Assembly: GCA_030432775.1 (NCBI GenBank)
Contig: JAUILO010000001.1
Coordinates: 1 to 34,929 of the forward strand
Direction: 5' to 3'
DNA: 34,929 nucleotides
Source: Alphaproteobacteria bacterium
GTDB taxonomy: Bacteria; Pseudomonadota; Alphaproteobacteria; Micavibrionales; Micavibrionaceae
The translations under genes and the position numbers were made by a program. Shown one piece after another: positions 18,632 to 28,919 of this stretch. Under the pieces are notes generated by a model. That model saw nothing but the letters and a program-made list of their open reading frames with translations, made no database searches and was not told the DNA's origin. Numbering within the stretch: the first letter of the stretch is position 1; each line of letters begins with the position of its first letter.

Positions 18632-21600
18632 ATGACATCTTCACCCGTGAAGAACGATAACGTTAAAAATGCGACTGAATCAGACGAGGAAAAGAACGCG
18701 GAATTATCAAGCGATCTAGGTGGTTTGCGCGCATCCAAAACGACAGCAGCCCCATTGAGTGGCTCTTTGAGCGCTGACAAAATCTATCCTGCCGGTGGCA
18801 ATCGTTCAGAACGCATCCCGCCTGTGACTGCTAAAAAAGCAGAAGAAATCAAAGGCAATTCATCATTAAGACATATACGCATAACACCTAGCGAAGGCGC
18901 AGAAGATACCTTATCTACATCTATGGCCTCCAGCCCAGCAGCGTATAAAAGTGGTTTGAATGTGTCTGTGAAACGTACAGGAGCAAAAACTGCCCTCAAG
19001 CAAGACAAATTCGGCCAGCAAAAACAAAGCCGAGAAGAACAGAAGATGGAAAAATCTTCATACATGCAAAGCCATAAGAAATCTCAAGCACAGGCACAAA
19101 TGCAGGCGCAGACAAGCTATACCGCATCAACGGCCCTGGATGATGATGTGTTGGTTTTGCGTCCGGTAAACGCCAAGCAGGTCAAACAATCTTCGGTGCA
19201 AAAAATGCTCGTATTATTTGGCCTGATTGCAACTGGTATGTGGGTTGGATATAGTTTTTTCTTTTTATTACACGAATATACAAGCGGCGCCCTTGCTAGT
19301 ATTGCGCCGCATGAATTTGGCGGAATGCTGGCTGGTATTCTTGCACCGGTTGTATTGTTTTGGGGGCTTGTAAGCTATATTCAGCGCGGTAATGATATTC
19401 ATCGTTATTCAGACGCGCTACGCGGCGAATTGCAGGCAATTTTATTCCCGTCCGAAGAAGGTGCAGAGCGTGCCAATAAAGACATCGAGCGCTTGAGCCA
19501 GCAAGCAGCAGAGCTTGCCGCATCGTCAAAAGCGGTTACAAGAACAATCGCACAGGCGCGTCAAGGGCTTCGTATTGAGCTTAAAGAATTCACTTCGATA
19601 ACCGAAAAAGCCGAAGAGCAGGTCGAAAAACTATCGGAGATTGTGTCTAATAAAGCACTAACGCTAAGCCAGCTTGCCAGTGAAATTGAGGAAAAAGCAG
19701 GCAGTATTGATGAAAAATCAAAAGAAGGCGCGCAGTCATGGATTGAAGCGACAGAGCAAATTCTTGCCAATGCAGCCCGTGTTAAAACCTCCATGGGTGA
19801 GGGGGTGCAACAGATCTTAGGTGCTTCGGACAAGGCGCAGGCCACCGCACAGGAAATTGAAGCCAGCCTTGATAACGGTTTTATTGGTTTGAAACAGACT
19901 GTGGCCAGCCTATCAAGCAAAATTGACGAGTTGAATGGCGAATTTGGTCTTCAATCAGGAAAACTTGAGGTAAGCGTTGATAAAATTGCAGCTAATACCA
20001 ATGAAATGTCGCAAGCCATGCAGGAACAAATTGCCAGCCTTGATGAAGCCACACAGGTCGCGCTTGATAAGATGGCTTATTCAGGAACATTCTTGCTTAA
20101 TCAGGAAAAATCACTTGAAACAATCGCAGAAAAGCTAGGTAAACGTGCCGACGAGATCGGCACAGTCATCGAGGGCAGCCTTGGTAAGCTGAACGATTCT
20201 GCGGATTACATCACAGAACAAACAAATATGATTGATGAACGTATTGATGCGCAGGCAGACCGTCTCAAAGATACTGTTGTCGATATCTTAAGCGAAACGG
20301 ACCAGATAGAAGCGGCAGCACAAAGCGCAGTGAACCGTATGAATGAAGCGTTACGCGTAGCAATGTCCGGTTCTGATAACTTATCGTCATCAATTCGTAA
20401 ATCTGTGAAATCTCTTGAGGATACAGCCGATACGGCAAGCGAGCGCGCGGAAATTATTCTGAGTAATTCGGCCGAGAAGATGAGCGAGCTTCATAACCTG
20501 ACGTCAGAAAACATTGCCCAGCTTGAGGCTGTATTGGTTCAGCTTGAAAAGAGCCGTGAAGATGCAACGAAAATGTCAGAAAACGCGCAAGATACAATTG
20601 ATAATCTATCCGATACTATTTCTTCAAAATCCGGTGAAGTGGCGCAATCCATTGCCGAACTTGAAAAAAGTATCGAAGATATCAGCCAGAGCCTGAAATC
20701 GCCATTGCGTGATCTTGAAACAACAGTCAGCAATGTAAGCGCCAAACATGGCGAGATAGAGCAAGTGCTTGCAAAACGTACGGGTGATTTATCTTCTGCA
20801 GCCGATAAGGCCAAGGAAACATCCGAATATATGCGTGATATTTTGCGTGAACAAACACATGATTTATCAGGTCTGTCTGGTCAGATATCGGCACATACAA
20901 GAACCATGACCGAGCAAATCGCACAGCAGAAATCAATGATTGAAGAAGAGGTGCGCTTATCAATTCAAGCACTTGTCAAAACAGAGCTGGCCTTAACCTC
21001 GCAGTCGGAAAATCTGGCACAGCTTTCTGCAAAAGCGGTAGAAGATATTCAAAGTGCAACGGATCAATTGTCTTCTTCGCATGGTGTTCTTGAAGCAAGT
21101 GCGCGGCAAAGCACAGTGTCACTGACCGAGCTTAATGCTTCGGTTGTCGTGCAAGCAAAAAACCTGCAGGAAGAGGCCGATAAATCAACACAGGCATTGC
21201 AGGCTACAAGAGCCGAACTTGAACAGACAACCAACGATTATGCGCCTATCTTTACGGACGCTATTGTCAATGCAAAAGAGGCGCAAACATCATTCGAGGA
21301 GCTATATAGCAGTTACGATAAAACATCACAGGCACAGCTGTCATCACTTGATCAGGCTAGCCAGATGTTTGAACAGCGCTTGTCCAATTTGCGTGATGGA
21401 AGCACAGCCGCCGTTGATCTGGTAAAAGATACAGGCGAAAATCTGGCGCGTCTTGTTGGCGATATCGATATGGCCGCACAAACAGCCACACAACGCATTC
21501 ATGATGTTGATGAGGCATTAAAAGACCGCTCTTCTGATGTGCATTTATCGGCTGATCAGGCCATCCTGAAAATTCAGAAAACGCAAACCGAACTCAATGA

Positions 21601-22690
21601 CCAGCTATATGATTTATCAAAATCTGTCGCGCAATCGATGGTTAAGATCTCAGAAGTCATGAGTGAGTTGGAAAGGTCATCTGATGTTGTGAGTAGCACC
21701 GTTGACGTTGCTGTTGAGCGTTTTGACCGTGTTGGTAGCAAGGCACGTGAGGAAAGCGAGATGCTGAATGTCAGCACCTCTAAAACGATGACAGCGAGCC
21801 AGGAGCTTGTCGATAATCTGAAGGAACAAACTGATATGCTGGTCAGTTCATCAAAAGACAATCTGTCAGAGTTGCAAAAAACCAGTGATCGCATCTCGGT
21901 ACGGATCGAGGAAGTCGCGGGGCAAATGCAAACAGCCCTAACGATTTCGCAGGGCTATAGTGATAATCTGCGTGAGCAATCAAGCTTTGTTGCACAAAGT
22001 TCTTCTGACGCATCGGAACGAATTGATGTGGCGCTATCAAGCCTTGCAGATAAAATGCAGGATGTTGAAGGTATCTCCAGCGATGTGCTTGAGAATATCA
22101 TTCATGCACAGGAAAAACTATCCGAGCAAAGCGACAGGCTTGTTGATGTCTCAGGCAGTGCCTTGAAAGCATCCGAAGAAATTGTGACAGGATTCAGACG
22201 CCAGACAGATACACTCTTTAGAACGATTGAAGATGCGCTTTCGGGCATGGATAAGATCAGAAAGATGGAATGGCGCGCCCAGCGTGATGCCTTTATGTCT
22301 TCTGCTAAATTCGTTGTGGAAAGCCTGCATTCATTATCGGTTGATTTCACACGTATGATTGATGGTGAAGTGCCGGAAAAAACGTGGAAAGCGTTCCAAA
22401 AAGGCGATGTTTCTGCGTTTACCCGTCGTTTGGCCTTGCTGAAGGACGATCTTCCTATGGATAAAATCAGTGCGAAGTTTGCTGATGATAACGAGTTTAG
22501 AACCTACGTTCAGCGTTATATCCGTCAGTTTGAAGATATTCTTGGCCAGGCCAAGGAAAATGACCATGGTGATTTGCTTGCTTCGACCTTTGCTTCAAGC
22601 GATGTCGGACATTTGTATGAGGTTTTATGTAGCGCCGCAGGTCGTCCATCTAGTCTAAAAGGTGGCGATAGAGCGAGAAAAGCAGCTTAA
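18632..22690 (+). CDS. Large membrane-anchored coiled-coil protein of unknown function
   Basis: 1352-aa ORF with a strong SD (AGGAAGGG). The first ~190 aa are a disordered N-terminus. Two hydrophobic helices follow (about aa 192-213 and 229-250), then ~900 aa of E/Q/S/A/L-rich heptad-like sequence, then a non-repetitive C-terminal ~150 aa (FMSSAKFVVESLHSLSVDFTRMIDGEVPEKTWKAFQKGD...). Confidence 0.85.
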   Translation: MTSSPVKNDNVKNATESDEEKNAELSSDLGGLRASKTTAAPLSGSLSADKIYPAGGNRSERIPPVTAKKAEEIKGNSSLRHIRITPSEGAEDTLSTSMASSPAAYKSGLNVSVKRTGAKTALKQDKFGQQKQSREEQKMEKSSYMQSHKKSQAQAQMQAQTSYTASTALDDDVLVLRPVNAKQVKQSSVQKMLVLFGLIATGMWVGYSFFFLLHEYTSGALASIAPHEFGGMLAGILAPVVLFWGLVSYIQRGNDIHRYSDALRGELQAILFPSEEGAERANKDIERLSQQAAELAASSKAVTRTIAQARQGLRIELKEFTSITEKAEEQVEKLSEIVSNKALTLSQLASEIEEKAGSIDEKSKEGAQSWIEATEQILANAARVKTSMGEGVQQILGASDKAQATAQEIEASLDNGFIGLKQTVASLSSKIDELNGEFGLQSGKLEVSVDKIAANTNEMSQAMQEQIASLDEATQVALDKMAYSGTFLLNQEKSLETIAEKLGKRADEIGTVIEGSLGKLNDSADYITEQTNMIDERIDAQADRLKDTVVDILSETDQIEAAAQSAVNRMNEALRVAMSGSDNLSSSIRKSVKSLEDTADTASERAEIILSNSAEKMSELHNLTSENIAQLEAVLVQLEKSREDATKMSENAQDTIDNLSDTISSKSGEVAQSIAELEKSIEDISQSLKSPLRDLETTVSNVSAKHGEIEQVLAKRTGDLSSAADKAKETSEYMRDILREQTHDLSGLSGQISAHTRTMTEQIAQQKSMIEEEVRLSIQALVKTELALTSQSENLAQLSAKAVEDIQSATDQLSSSHGVLEASARQSTVSLTELNASVVVQAKNLQEEADKSTQALQATRAELEQTTNDYAPIFTDAIVNAKEAQTSFEELYSSYDKTSQAQLSSLDQASQMFEQRLSNLRDGSTAAVDLVKDTGENLARLVGDIDMAAQTATQRIHDVDEALKDRSSDVHLSADQAILKIQKTQTELNDQLYDLSKSVAQSMVKISEVMSELERSSDVVSSTVDVAVERFDRVGSKAREESEMLNVSTSKTMTASQELVDNLKEQTDMLVSSSKDNLSELQKTSDRISVRIEEVAGQMQTALTISQGYSDNLREQSSFVAQSSSDASERIDVALSSLADKMQDVEGISSDVLENIIHAQEKLSEQSDRLVDVSGSALKASEEIVTGFRRQTDTLFRTIEDALSGMDKIRKMEWRAQRDAFMSSAKFVVESLHSLSVDFTRMIDGEVPEKTWKAFQKGDVSAFTRRLALLKDDLPMDKISAKFADDNEFRTYVQRYIRQFEDILGQAKENDHGDLLASTFASSDVGHLYEVLCSAAGRPSSLKGGDRARKAA

Positions 22691-22827
22691 AACAACTTAA
22701 AAAATATTCTTTCTTTAACTGGTAATGATTTATTGATACTTTCAATATATTGTTTTTATATGCTTTCATTTTCATATGGAACATACTGAAATAATTAAAC
22801 AAACAAGTATCAAAGGGTCAGTAAACC

Positions 22828-23760
22828 ATGGGTCAGACCAAATTTTGCCTCGGCATATCGGACATCTCAGACAGCTATAGTGCGTTCATCATTGATCAGT
22901 GGGGCGTTCTGCATAATGGCGAGAAAATTTATGATGGAGTTGTTGAGTGTCTCAAAGAACTCAAGGATCGTAAAAAGCACGTTATTATCTTGTCTAATTC
23001 CGGTAAGCGTTCGGAAGAAAACAAAGAACGTCTGAAGAAAATGGGTATCGGCCCCAGTCTTTATACAGAGATTATTACATCTGGTGAGATGACATGGCAG
23101 GGTTTGAAAGACCAGGATGACGGTTTTTTCACTGGTCTTGGTAAAAATTGCTATCTCATAAGCCGTGGCGGTGATCGTTCGATTGTTGACGGTCTTGATA
23201 TTGATGTTGTCGATAATATCGAAGATGCCAGCTTTTTACTGATTAGTGGTTCTGATGCGCCGGAGAAGAATTTGGTTGATGATTATGAACCAATCTTAAA
23301 GGCCGCAATTCGTAAGCGTTTGAAGGCAATATGTGCCAACCCTGATAGTCGTGGTTTAATTGGTAATAACCATGTGCTGGGTCCAGGCATGATTGCACGC
23401 CGTTATCAGGATTTTGGCGGTGTTGTGCATTATATTGGTAAGCCGCATCAGCCTATATTTAAATATTGCATCAAAAAATTACAGAATAATGATATCTATC
23501 CCGGTCAAACCGTTATGATTGGTGACACAATGGCGCATGATATTCTGGGCGCGGCAGCCGTGAATATAGATTCCTGTCTTGTGCGCACAGGGATGCATTA
23601 CGGGTCGTTCAAGACCTGCGAAAACATGGCAGATGTTGATAAAGCGCTGAATGTTTTAACCCTGCAATATAACAACGTACGTCCGACATATCTTGTTGGA
23701 TCGCTTCGTTGGGGGAACCCATTGCCGGATCGCAAACATAAAAAGCATTCAAGACGCTAA
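22828..23760 (+). CDS. HAD-superfamily class IIA hydrolase
   Basis: Motif I is IIDQWGVLHNG, motif II is ILSNSGKR, there is a Lys in IGKPH, and motif IV is GDTMAHDILGA. Confidence 0.8.
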   Translation: MGQTKFCLGISDISDSYSAFIIDQWGVLHNGEKIYDGVVECLKELKDRKKHVIILSNSGKRSEENKERLKKMGIGPSLYTEIITSGEMTWQGLKDQDDGFFTGLGKNCYLISRGGDRSIVDGLDIDVVDNIEDASFLLISGSDAPEKNLVDDYEPILKAAIRKRLKAICANPDSRGLIGNNHVLGPGMIARRYQDFGGVVHYIGKPHQPIFKYCIKKLQNNDIYPGQTVMIGDTMAHDILGAAAVNIDSCLVRTGMHYGSFKTCENMADVDKALNVLTLQYNNVRPTYLVGSLRWGNPLPDRKHKKHSRR

Positions 23761-23862
23761 TTTTTCTTTTCTAAATTTTCTTTTCCAGATTTTCTCTTAT
23801 GGGTCTGCGTTTTTCCGTGCGTTGTATTTCGCTGTTTGCTTGAACAGGTCTTCGAAAACAAT

Positions 23863-24849
23863 CTATTCAATACCTTGATCATCATCAGGTATGCGGGGCA
23901 GCAATACATCCATTGCGGCTTTGATTTCATCTATATTCTTTTCAACCGATAATGCACCTTCGGCAATCAGCTCTTCTGCACGCTCAAACTCTAAAAGGCC
24001 GATATGACCAATATTAGGTTTGATATGTATATCCGGCGGGTCACCCGCAAGGCGTGATCGTGTCAATCTGTCCTGAATAATATTCAGCGATGAAATCATA
24101 ACGCCAAACATACTGGGTCCGTCTACTTCGCGGCGGAACAGGCGGCGGGATAACGCGCCTTTGAATTTCTTTTGGTCTTCAGGGTCAACATCCTGATCGT
24201 TAAATACATCAAAACCGGCCACAGTTTGAAAATTTTGGCCGGGTTTGGCAGATTTACCAATCATATCGCCGTTCAAATCAACGGCAATTGTGATACGCGC
24301 GCCAAGTGCCTGACACACCGAGACCGGCACAGGGTTAACAAGTGCGCCATCAATTAAATACCGGTGGTTTAATGCCACAGGCGGAAATACACCGGGCAGA
24401 GCAAAAGAGCCGCGCATGGCATCAATCAGATTACCTCGCCGCAGCCATACTTCATGACCGGTTACCATATCTGTGGCAATGGCGATAAATGGATGTTCGA
24501 GATCTTCGATAACCATATCGCCAAAATAATGTTCCATTAGGGTCGTTAGTTTCTTGCCGCCAATAAGGCCGGCACTGCGAACGCGAAAATCCAGATAGCT
24601 GAACACTTTTCGACGATTTAACGATAAAGACCATTCTTCTAGATCATCGAGCTTTCCAGCTAGATAACAGCCGCCAACAAGCGCGCCAATTGATGTTCCC
24701 GAAATAACATTTGGGTATATGCCGTGTTTATTCAGCGCGCGAATAGCACCTATATGCGAAAAGCCTCTGGCGATGCCGCCGCCCAAAGCTAGACCAATTT
24801 TAGGCTGGTATGGTTTTTGAATATTTTTTTGCTTTTTTTCTTCGCTCAT
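23863..24849 (-). CDS. Patatin-like phospholipase (RssA-like)
   Basis: The oxyanion motif is GGGIARG, the nucleophile elbow is GTSIGA, and the catalytic Asp lies in IDGALVNP. I prefer ATG 24849 (AGGAG 11 nt upstream) over GTG 24858. Confidence 0.85.
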   Translation of the reverse strand: MSEEKKQKNIQKPYQPKIGLALGGGIARGFSHIGAIRALNKHGIYPNVISGTSIGALVGGCYLAGKLDDLEEWSLSLNRRKVFSYLDFRVRSAGLIGGKKLTTLMEHYFGDMVIEDLEHPFIAIATDMVTGHEVWLRRGNLIDAMRGSFALPGVFPPVALNHRYLIDGALVNPVPVSVCQALGARITIAVDLNGDMIGKSAKPGQNFQTVAGFDVFNDQDVDPEDQKKFKGALSRRLFRREVDGPSMFGVMISSLNIIQDRLTRSRLAGDPPDIHIKPNIGHIGLLEFERAEELIAEGALSVEKNIDEIKAAMDVLLPRIPDDDQGIE

Positions 24850-24922
24850 CTCTGGCACAACTCCTAGCTCGGAACGTAATTATAGTGTATGTTCAGACCT
24901 TTATCTAAGGATAACACAAAAT

Positions 24923-26704
24923 ATGAGCACAGACGAACACACAAACACGCTGCAAAGCAGTGGAATGTCCGGATGGGGATTGATGCACCGTTTGCTTAAA
25001 GGCTACGTGCGCCCATATTTGGGGCGTTTATTGACTGCGCTTTTATTTATGTTGATTGCCGCAGCTATGACGGCTGCCTTTGCCAAATTGATCGAACCCA
25101 TTCTTGATAAAGTGATGACAGATGGAAATACCAATTTGGTGTGGCCAATGTCTTTGGCTGTTTTTGCATGTTTTGTTATTCGCGGTGTCGCGACTTATAT
25201 TCATACATTACTGATGAATAAGGTTGGTCAGGATATCGTTGCCGATATGCAGCAAAACTTGTTTTCGGGCTTTCTTGATCTTGATCTTGTTTTCTTTCAC
25301 AAAAATCCGAGCGGCGAGTTGACCTCACGCATTGTGAATGATGTGAATATTGTCCGTAATGCCATCACCAGTAGTTTTACAGGATTTGGTAAAAATCTTT
25401 TGACGCTCGTATTTTTGGTGGCACTTATGTTCTATCAGGACTGGGTGTTATCGCTTCTCGCGTTTGTAGCGATGCCGGCAGGGGGCATATTTGTGGTTTA
25501 TATTGGTAAGCGCCTGCGCAAATTATCCGGTACAATTCAAGAAGAAATCGCCAGCCTGTCGCATGTGTTTAACCAGATTTTTCAAGGCATTCGTCAGGTC
25601 AAAGCCTATAACAAAGAAGATTTCGAGCGTGCGCGTTCACTGGCCCGTATCCAGCAGCTCAAAAAACATATTATCAAATCTGTGCGTCTTGCGACGTTAT
25701 CAACACCGTTTAACGAAGGGCTTATCGGTTTAGCTCTTATGGGACTTATTGTTTATGGCGGTCATAAGGTCGCAGCCGGCAACATGACAACGGGCGAGTT
25801 GATGTCGTTTATTGCTGCATTTTCCTTGGCTTATGAGCCAATGAAAAAACTCGCAAAATTAAACAATGTTTTGCAAATGGGGCTTGGCGCTGCTGAGCGC
25901 GTATTTGATATGATGGATCTCCAGCCTGCCATTGCTGATAAGGGTGATGCAAAAACTATTGATGCCAACAAGATTGATATTACCTTTGATCAGGTGTCGT
26001 TTTCTTATGGTGAGGACGAAGGCTATGCTCTGAATTCAATATCATTCACGGCCAAATCCGGTAGCGTCACCGCGCTTGTCGGGGCGTCGGGCAGCGGAAA
26101 GACCACAGCGCTTAATCTTGTGCCGCGTTTTTATGATGTCACGGGCGGACGCATTTTGATTAACGGCACGAATATTCAGGATATAAAGCTCGGCAGTCTG
26201 CGTGATCATGTGGCGCTTGTGTCTCAGGATATCATGATTTTTGATGACACGGTAAAAGCCAATATTGCTTATGGCCGCGATAACGCAACAGATGAACAGA
26301 TTATGCAGGCCGCCAAGGCCGCAGCAGCAGAGGAGTTTATTCTGGCAATGCCGGAAGGGTTTGATACACATCTGGGCGAACAGGGGGTTAAGCTATCTGG
26401 TGGTCAGCGCCAACGTATCGCCATTGCGCGCGCTATATTGCGTGATGCGCCTATTTTGTTGCTTGATGAGGCAACATCGGCTCTTGATAATGAATCTGAA
26501 AAATTAATCCAGCAATCATTGCAAGAACTGCAAAAGGGACGGACCGTTCTTGTGATTGCCCATCGCCTTACGACGGTTCAGGATGCTGATCATATCATAG
26601 TGCTGCAAAATGGGCAGATTGCCGAAGAAGGTTCGCATGACGAGTTGATCAGGCTGAATAAACTATACGCTTTGATGTACCAAGGTGGTCTTCAGGACGT
26701 ATAG
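24923..26704 (+). CDS. ABC exporter, fused permease/ATPase (MsbA-like)
   Basis: 593-aa ORF with an N-terminal 6-TM domain. Walker A is GASGSGKTT, the signature is LSGGQRQR, Walker B is ILLLDEATSALD, and the H-loop is IAHRL. Confidence 0.9.
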   Translation: MSTDEHTNTLQSSGMSGWGLMHRLLKGYVRPYLGRLLTALLFMLIAAAMTAAFAKLIEPILDKVMTDGNTNLVWPMSLAVFACFVIRGVATYIHTLLMNKVGQDIVADMQQNLFSGFLDLDLVFFHKNPSGELTSRIVNDVNIVRNAITSSFTGFGKNLLTLVFLVALMFYQDWVLSLLAFVAMPAGGIFVVYIGKRLRKLSGTIQEEIASLSHVFNQIFQGIRQVKAYNKEDFERARSLARIQQLKKHIIKSVRLATLSTPFNEGLIGLALMGLIVYGGHKVAAGNMTTGELMSFIAAFSLAYEPMKKLAKLNNVLQMGLGAAERVFDMMDLQPAIADKGDAKTIDANKIDITFDQVSFSYGEDEGYALNSISFTAKSGSVTALVGASGSGKTTALNLVPRFYDVTGGRILINGTNIQDIKLGSLRDHVALVSQDIMIFDDTVKANIAYGRDNATDEQIMQAAKAAAAEEFILAMPEGFDTHLGEQGVKLSGGQRQRIAIARAILRDAPILLLDEATSALDNESEKLIQQSLQELQKGRTVLVIAHRLTTVQDADHIIVLQNGQIAEEGSHDELIRLNKLYALMYQGGLQDV

Positions 26705-26732
26705 TGCTATAATCATTATTTACGGACCATTG

Positions 26733-27575
26733 ATGAAGAAGTTGATAATCAAGATGATTTATTTCGTTGTGCTGGGATATATTGGTGTTGTGGCGCTTTT
26801 ATACGTAAAGCAGCGCTCCATAATGTATTTTCCGCAAAAAAACGTGCCTGTGCCTGCTGAACACGGCCTTGAAGTGATGGATGTAGTCCATAGCGTAACA
26901 AGTGATGGTATTGATATTGCAGCGTGGTATTACAAGGCGGCGGATCCTGCTAAACCAACCATAATTCTGTTCCACGGCAATGCCGGTAATATCGGCATTC
27001 GTGATTTTAAAGCCCGTATGTTTATTGATGCCGGATACGGTATTATGCTTGCCGGATATCGTGGTTATGGTGGTAATACGGGAAAGCCGACAGAGAATGG
27101 GCTTTACGAGGATGCGCGCGCGCAAATGAGATGGCTGGTCTCGCATGGTGTGAAACCACAAAATATTGTCATATACGGCGAGTCTCTTGGCAGTGGTGTT
27201 GCGACCAAGATGGCAACGGAATTTCCCCAAGCCAGAGCTGTGATACTGGAAACACCATATACCAGTACGGTTGAGGTCGGACAGTGGCGCTTTCCGGTTG
27301 TTCCGGTTTACTTGCTCATGAAAGACCGTTTTGAAAGTATCGAACGTATTGACGAAATACGATCTCCGGTATTGGTTTTACATGGCACAAAGGATAGAAT
27401 TGTGCCGTTCCGCTATGGTCTTAAGCTATATGAGGCTGCAAACCAGCCCAAACATATGGAAGTATTTGAAGGTGGCGGGCATAATGATCTGTATAAGCAT
27501 GGTGCGGATCAGGCAATTCTTTCATTTTTGGAAAATTATAAAGAACAGCCTTTGGATGCAAATATAGCGGAATAA
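26733..27575 (+). CDS. Alpha/beta hydrolase (Bem46/ABHD13-like), membrane-anchored
   Basis: It has an N-terminal TM helix, the nucleophile elbow GESLGSG, then HGTKDRIVP and GGGHNDL. The start is set at ATG 26733; the track start at 26685 would overlap the ABC gene. Confidence 0.8.
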   Translation: MKKLIIKMIYFVVLGYIGVVALLYVKQRSIMYFPQKNVPVPAEHGLEVMDVVHSVTSDGIDIAAWYYKAADPAKPTIILFHGNAGNIGIRDFKARMFIDAGYGIMLAGYRGYGGNTGKPTENGLYEDARAQMRWLVSHGVKPQNIVIYGESLGSGVATKMATEFPQARAVILETPYTSTVEVGQWRFPVVPVYLLMKDRFESIERIDEIRSPVLVLHGTKDRIVPFRYGLKLYEAANQPKHMEVFEGGGHNDLYKHGADQAILSFLENYKEQPLDANIAE

Positions 27576-27593
27576 TGGCATAAGGAAAATAAG

Positions 27594-28106
27594 ATGAATA
27601 TAGGATTTATGCGTTTGGTCGTCGCAGCAATGGTGCTGGTTATGTTTTCGGGCTGCGCGCAGGCGGGAAGTTCCAAGCCGAAAAACGATACAGCGCAAAG
27701 CAAACAGGATGTTAAGCTTGAAAAGCTGGAGATTGTAGGTGCGGATGGTAACACGCATATGTTTGATGTTGAACTTGCGACAACGCCGCATACAATGGCT
27801 TATGGATTGATGGATCGATACAGCATGCCTGATGATCGCGGGATGCTTTTTGTGTTCACGGAAAATAAGTTACGTTCTTTTTGGATGCGTAATACTTATA
27901 TCTCCCTTGATATGATATTCATTTCGCCGGACGGTAAGGTGGTACATATTCACCCTGAGGCTATACCTCTGGATGAGACCCTGATTAGCTCGCAAGTTCC
28001 GGCTCAGTATGTATTAGAGCTTAATGGCGGGGTGGCACAGAAGCTGAATATTCAGGTTGGTGATAAAATTAATCAAAGAATTTTTGGAAATAAGCTTGCT
28101 CATTAG
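27594..28106 (+). CDS. DUF192-family lipoprotein
   Basis: The lipobox is MFSGC. The core GMLFVF ... SFWMRNTYISLDMIF matches my memory of DUF192/COG1430. An AAGGAA SD is present. Confidence 0.75.
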   Translation: MNIGFMRLVVAAMVLVMFSGCAQAGSSKPKNDTAQSKQDVKLEKLEIVGADGNTHMFDVELATTPHTMAYGLMDRYSMPDDRGMLFVFTENKLRSFWMRNTYISLDMIFISPDGKVVHIHPEAIPLDETLISSQVPAQYVLELNGGVAQKLNIQVGDKINQRIFGNKLAH

Positions 28107-28152
28107 GGCGAGTTATACTAATAAGTCTTTCTGTACTTGAAATGAGTCAGGA

Positions 28153-28229
28153 CGGGGTGTAGCGCAGCCTGGTAGCGCGCCTGCTTTGGGAGCAGGATGT
28201 CGGGAGTTCGAATCTCTCCACCCCGACCA
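28153..28229 (+). tRNA. tRNA-Pro (anticodon UGG), CCA encoded
   Basis: I folded the cloverleaf by hand. The acceptor stem is CGGGGTG/CACCCCG, the D stem GCGC/GCGC, the anticodon stem CCTGC/GCAGG with loop TTTGGGA, and the T arm GGGAG-TTCGAAT-CTCTC. Confidence 0.95.
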
Positions 28230-28354
28230 TTTCCTTCGGTTATGGTCTTGTTCTTATCCTTAATAATCATTATAAGAATGTATTCACTTGCGGCGTCGAT
28301 ATAGGATAGCGCCGTCAGACGTTTTGTATTTATATAAGAAATTTGACTCCATTT

Positions 28355-28918
28355 ATGGCCGACGCAGATCAATCAACGCAGCAACACGATAAAGACGACT
28401 GGAGCTTGCTGGCGGCCAGTGCGCAGGGCGGCGATCAAAAAGCCTATAATGCGTTGCTTCGGGATATTGTTCCTTTTATTAAAAGCGTACTGGCGCCCGG
28501 GCTTGCAAATCCGGACTGGGTTGATGATATAACGCAAGATGTTCTGATCTCTGTTCACAAATCATTGAAAACATATAGTAAAGACCGCGCATTCAAACCG
28601 TGGCTGCTAGCTATTATTAATTTTCGCCGAACAGATTTTCTGCGAAAACATTATCGTTTGAAAGATAATCAGCAAACAAGGCTGGAAAATAAAGATTTTA
28701 TAAGCTCGCATGTAACCAAACCATATGGTGCCGGCGAATTAAAAGATATAGAAGCAGCGCTAGATGGGTTGCCACAAAAACAAAGAGAGTTGTTTACACT
28801 GGTTAAAATTCAAGGCTATACAACAAAAGAAGTTGCAGAACAGAAAGATATGAGTGTGACAGCAGTAAAAGTATCGGTTCACAGAACTGCAAATAAACTG
28901 AAGAAATTATTGAAGTAG
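28355..28918 (+). CDS. ECF-type sigma-70 family RNA polymerase sigma factor
   Basis: Region 2 reads AYNALLRDIVPFIKSVL...DITQDVLISVHK. The region 4 HTH reads LPQKQRELFTLVKIQGYTTKEVAEQKDMSVTAVKVSVHR. The start is ATG 28355 or TTG 28343, and neither has a clear SD. Confidence 0.85.
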   Translation: MADADQSTQQHDKDDWSLLAASAQGGDQKAYNALLRDIVPFIKSVLAPGLANPDWVDDITQDVLISVHKSLKTYSKDRAFKPWLLAIINFRRTDFLRKHYRLKDNQQTRLENKDFISSHVTKPYGAGELKDIEAALDGLPQKQRELFTLVKIQGYTTKEVAEQKDMSVTAVKVSVHRTANKLKKLLK

Positions 28919-28919
28919 A

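Noticed and set aside
23761-23862. Pyrimidine-tract direct repeats (ATTTTTCTTTTC, ATTTTCTTTTCC, ATTTTCTCTT) in the convergent HAD/patatin spacer.
   Set aside because: This is low-complexity sequence with no hairpin or motif structure. It is probably just spacer or diffuse termination sequence.
26685-26732. Track start of the alpha/beta hydrolase ORF, which overlaps the end of the ABC exporter gene.
   Set aside because: The extra 16 residues (MVFRTYSAIIIIYGPL) come from the overlap region. ATG 26733 gives a sensible MKKLIIK... TM-anchor N-terminus just after the ABC stop.
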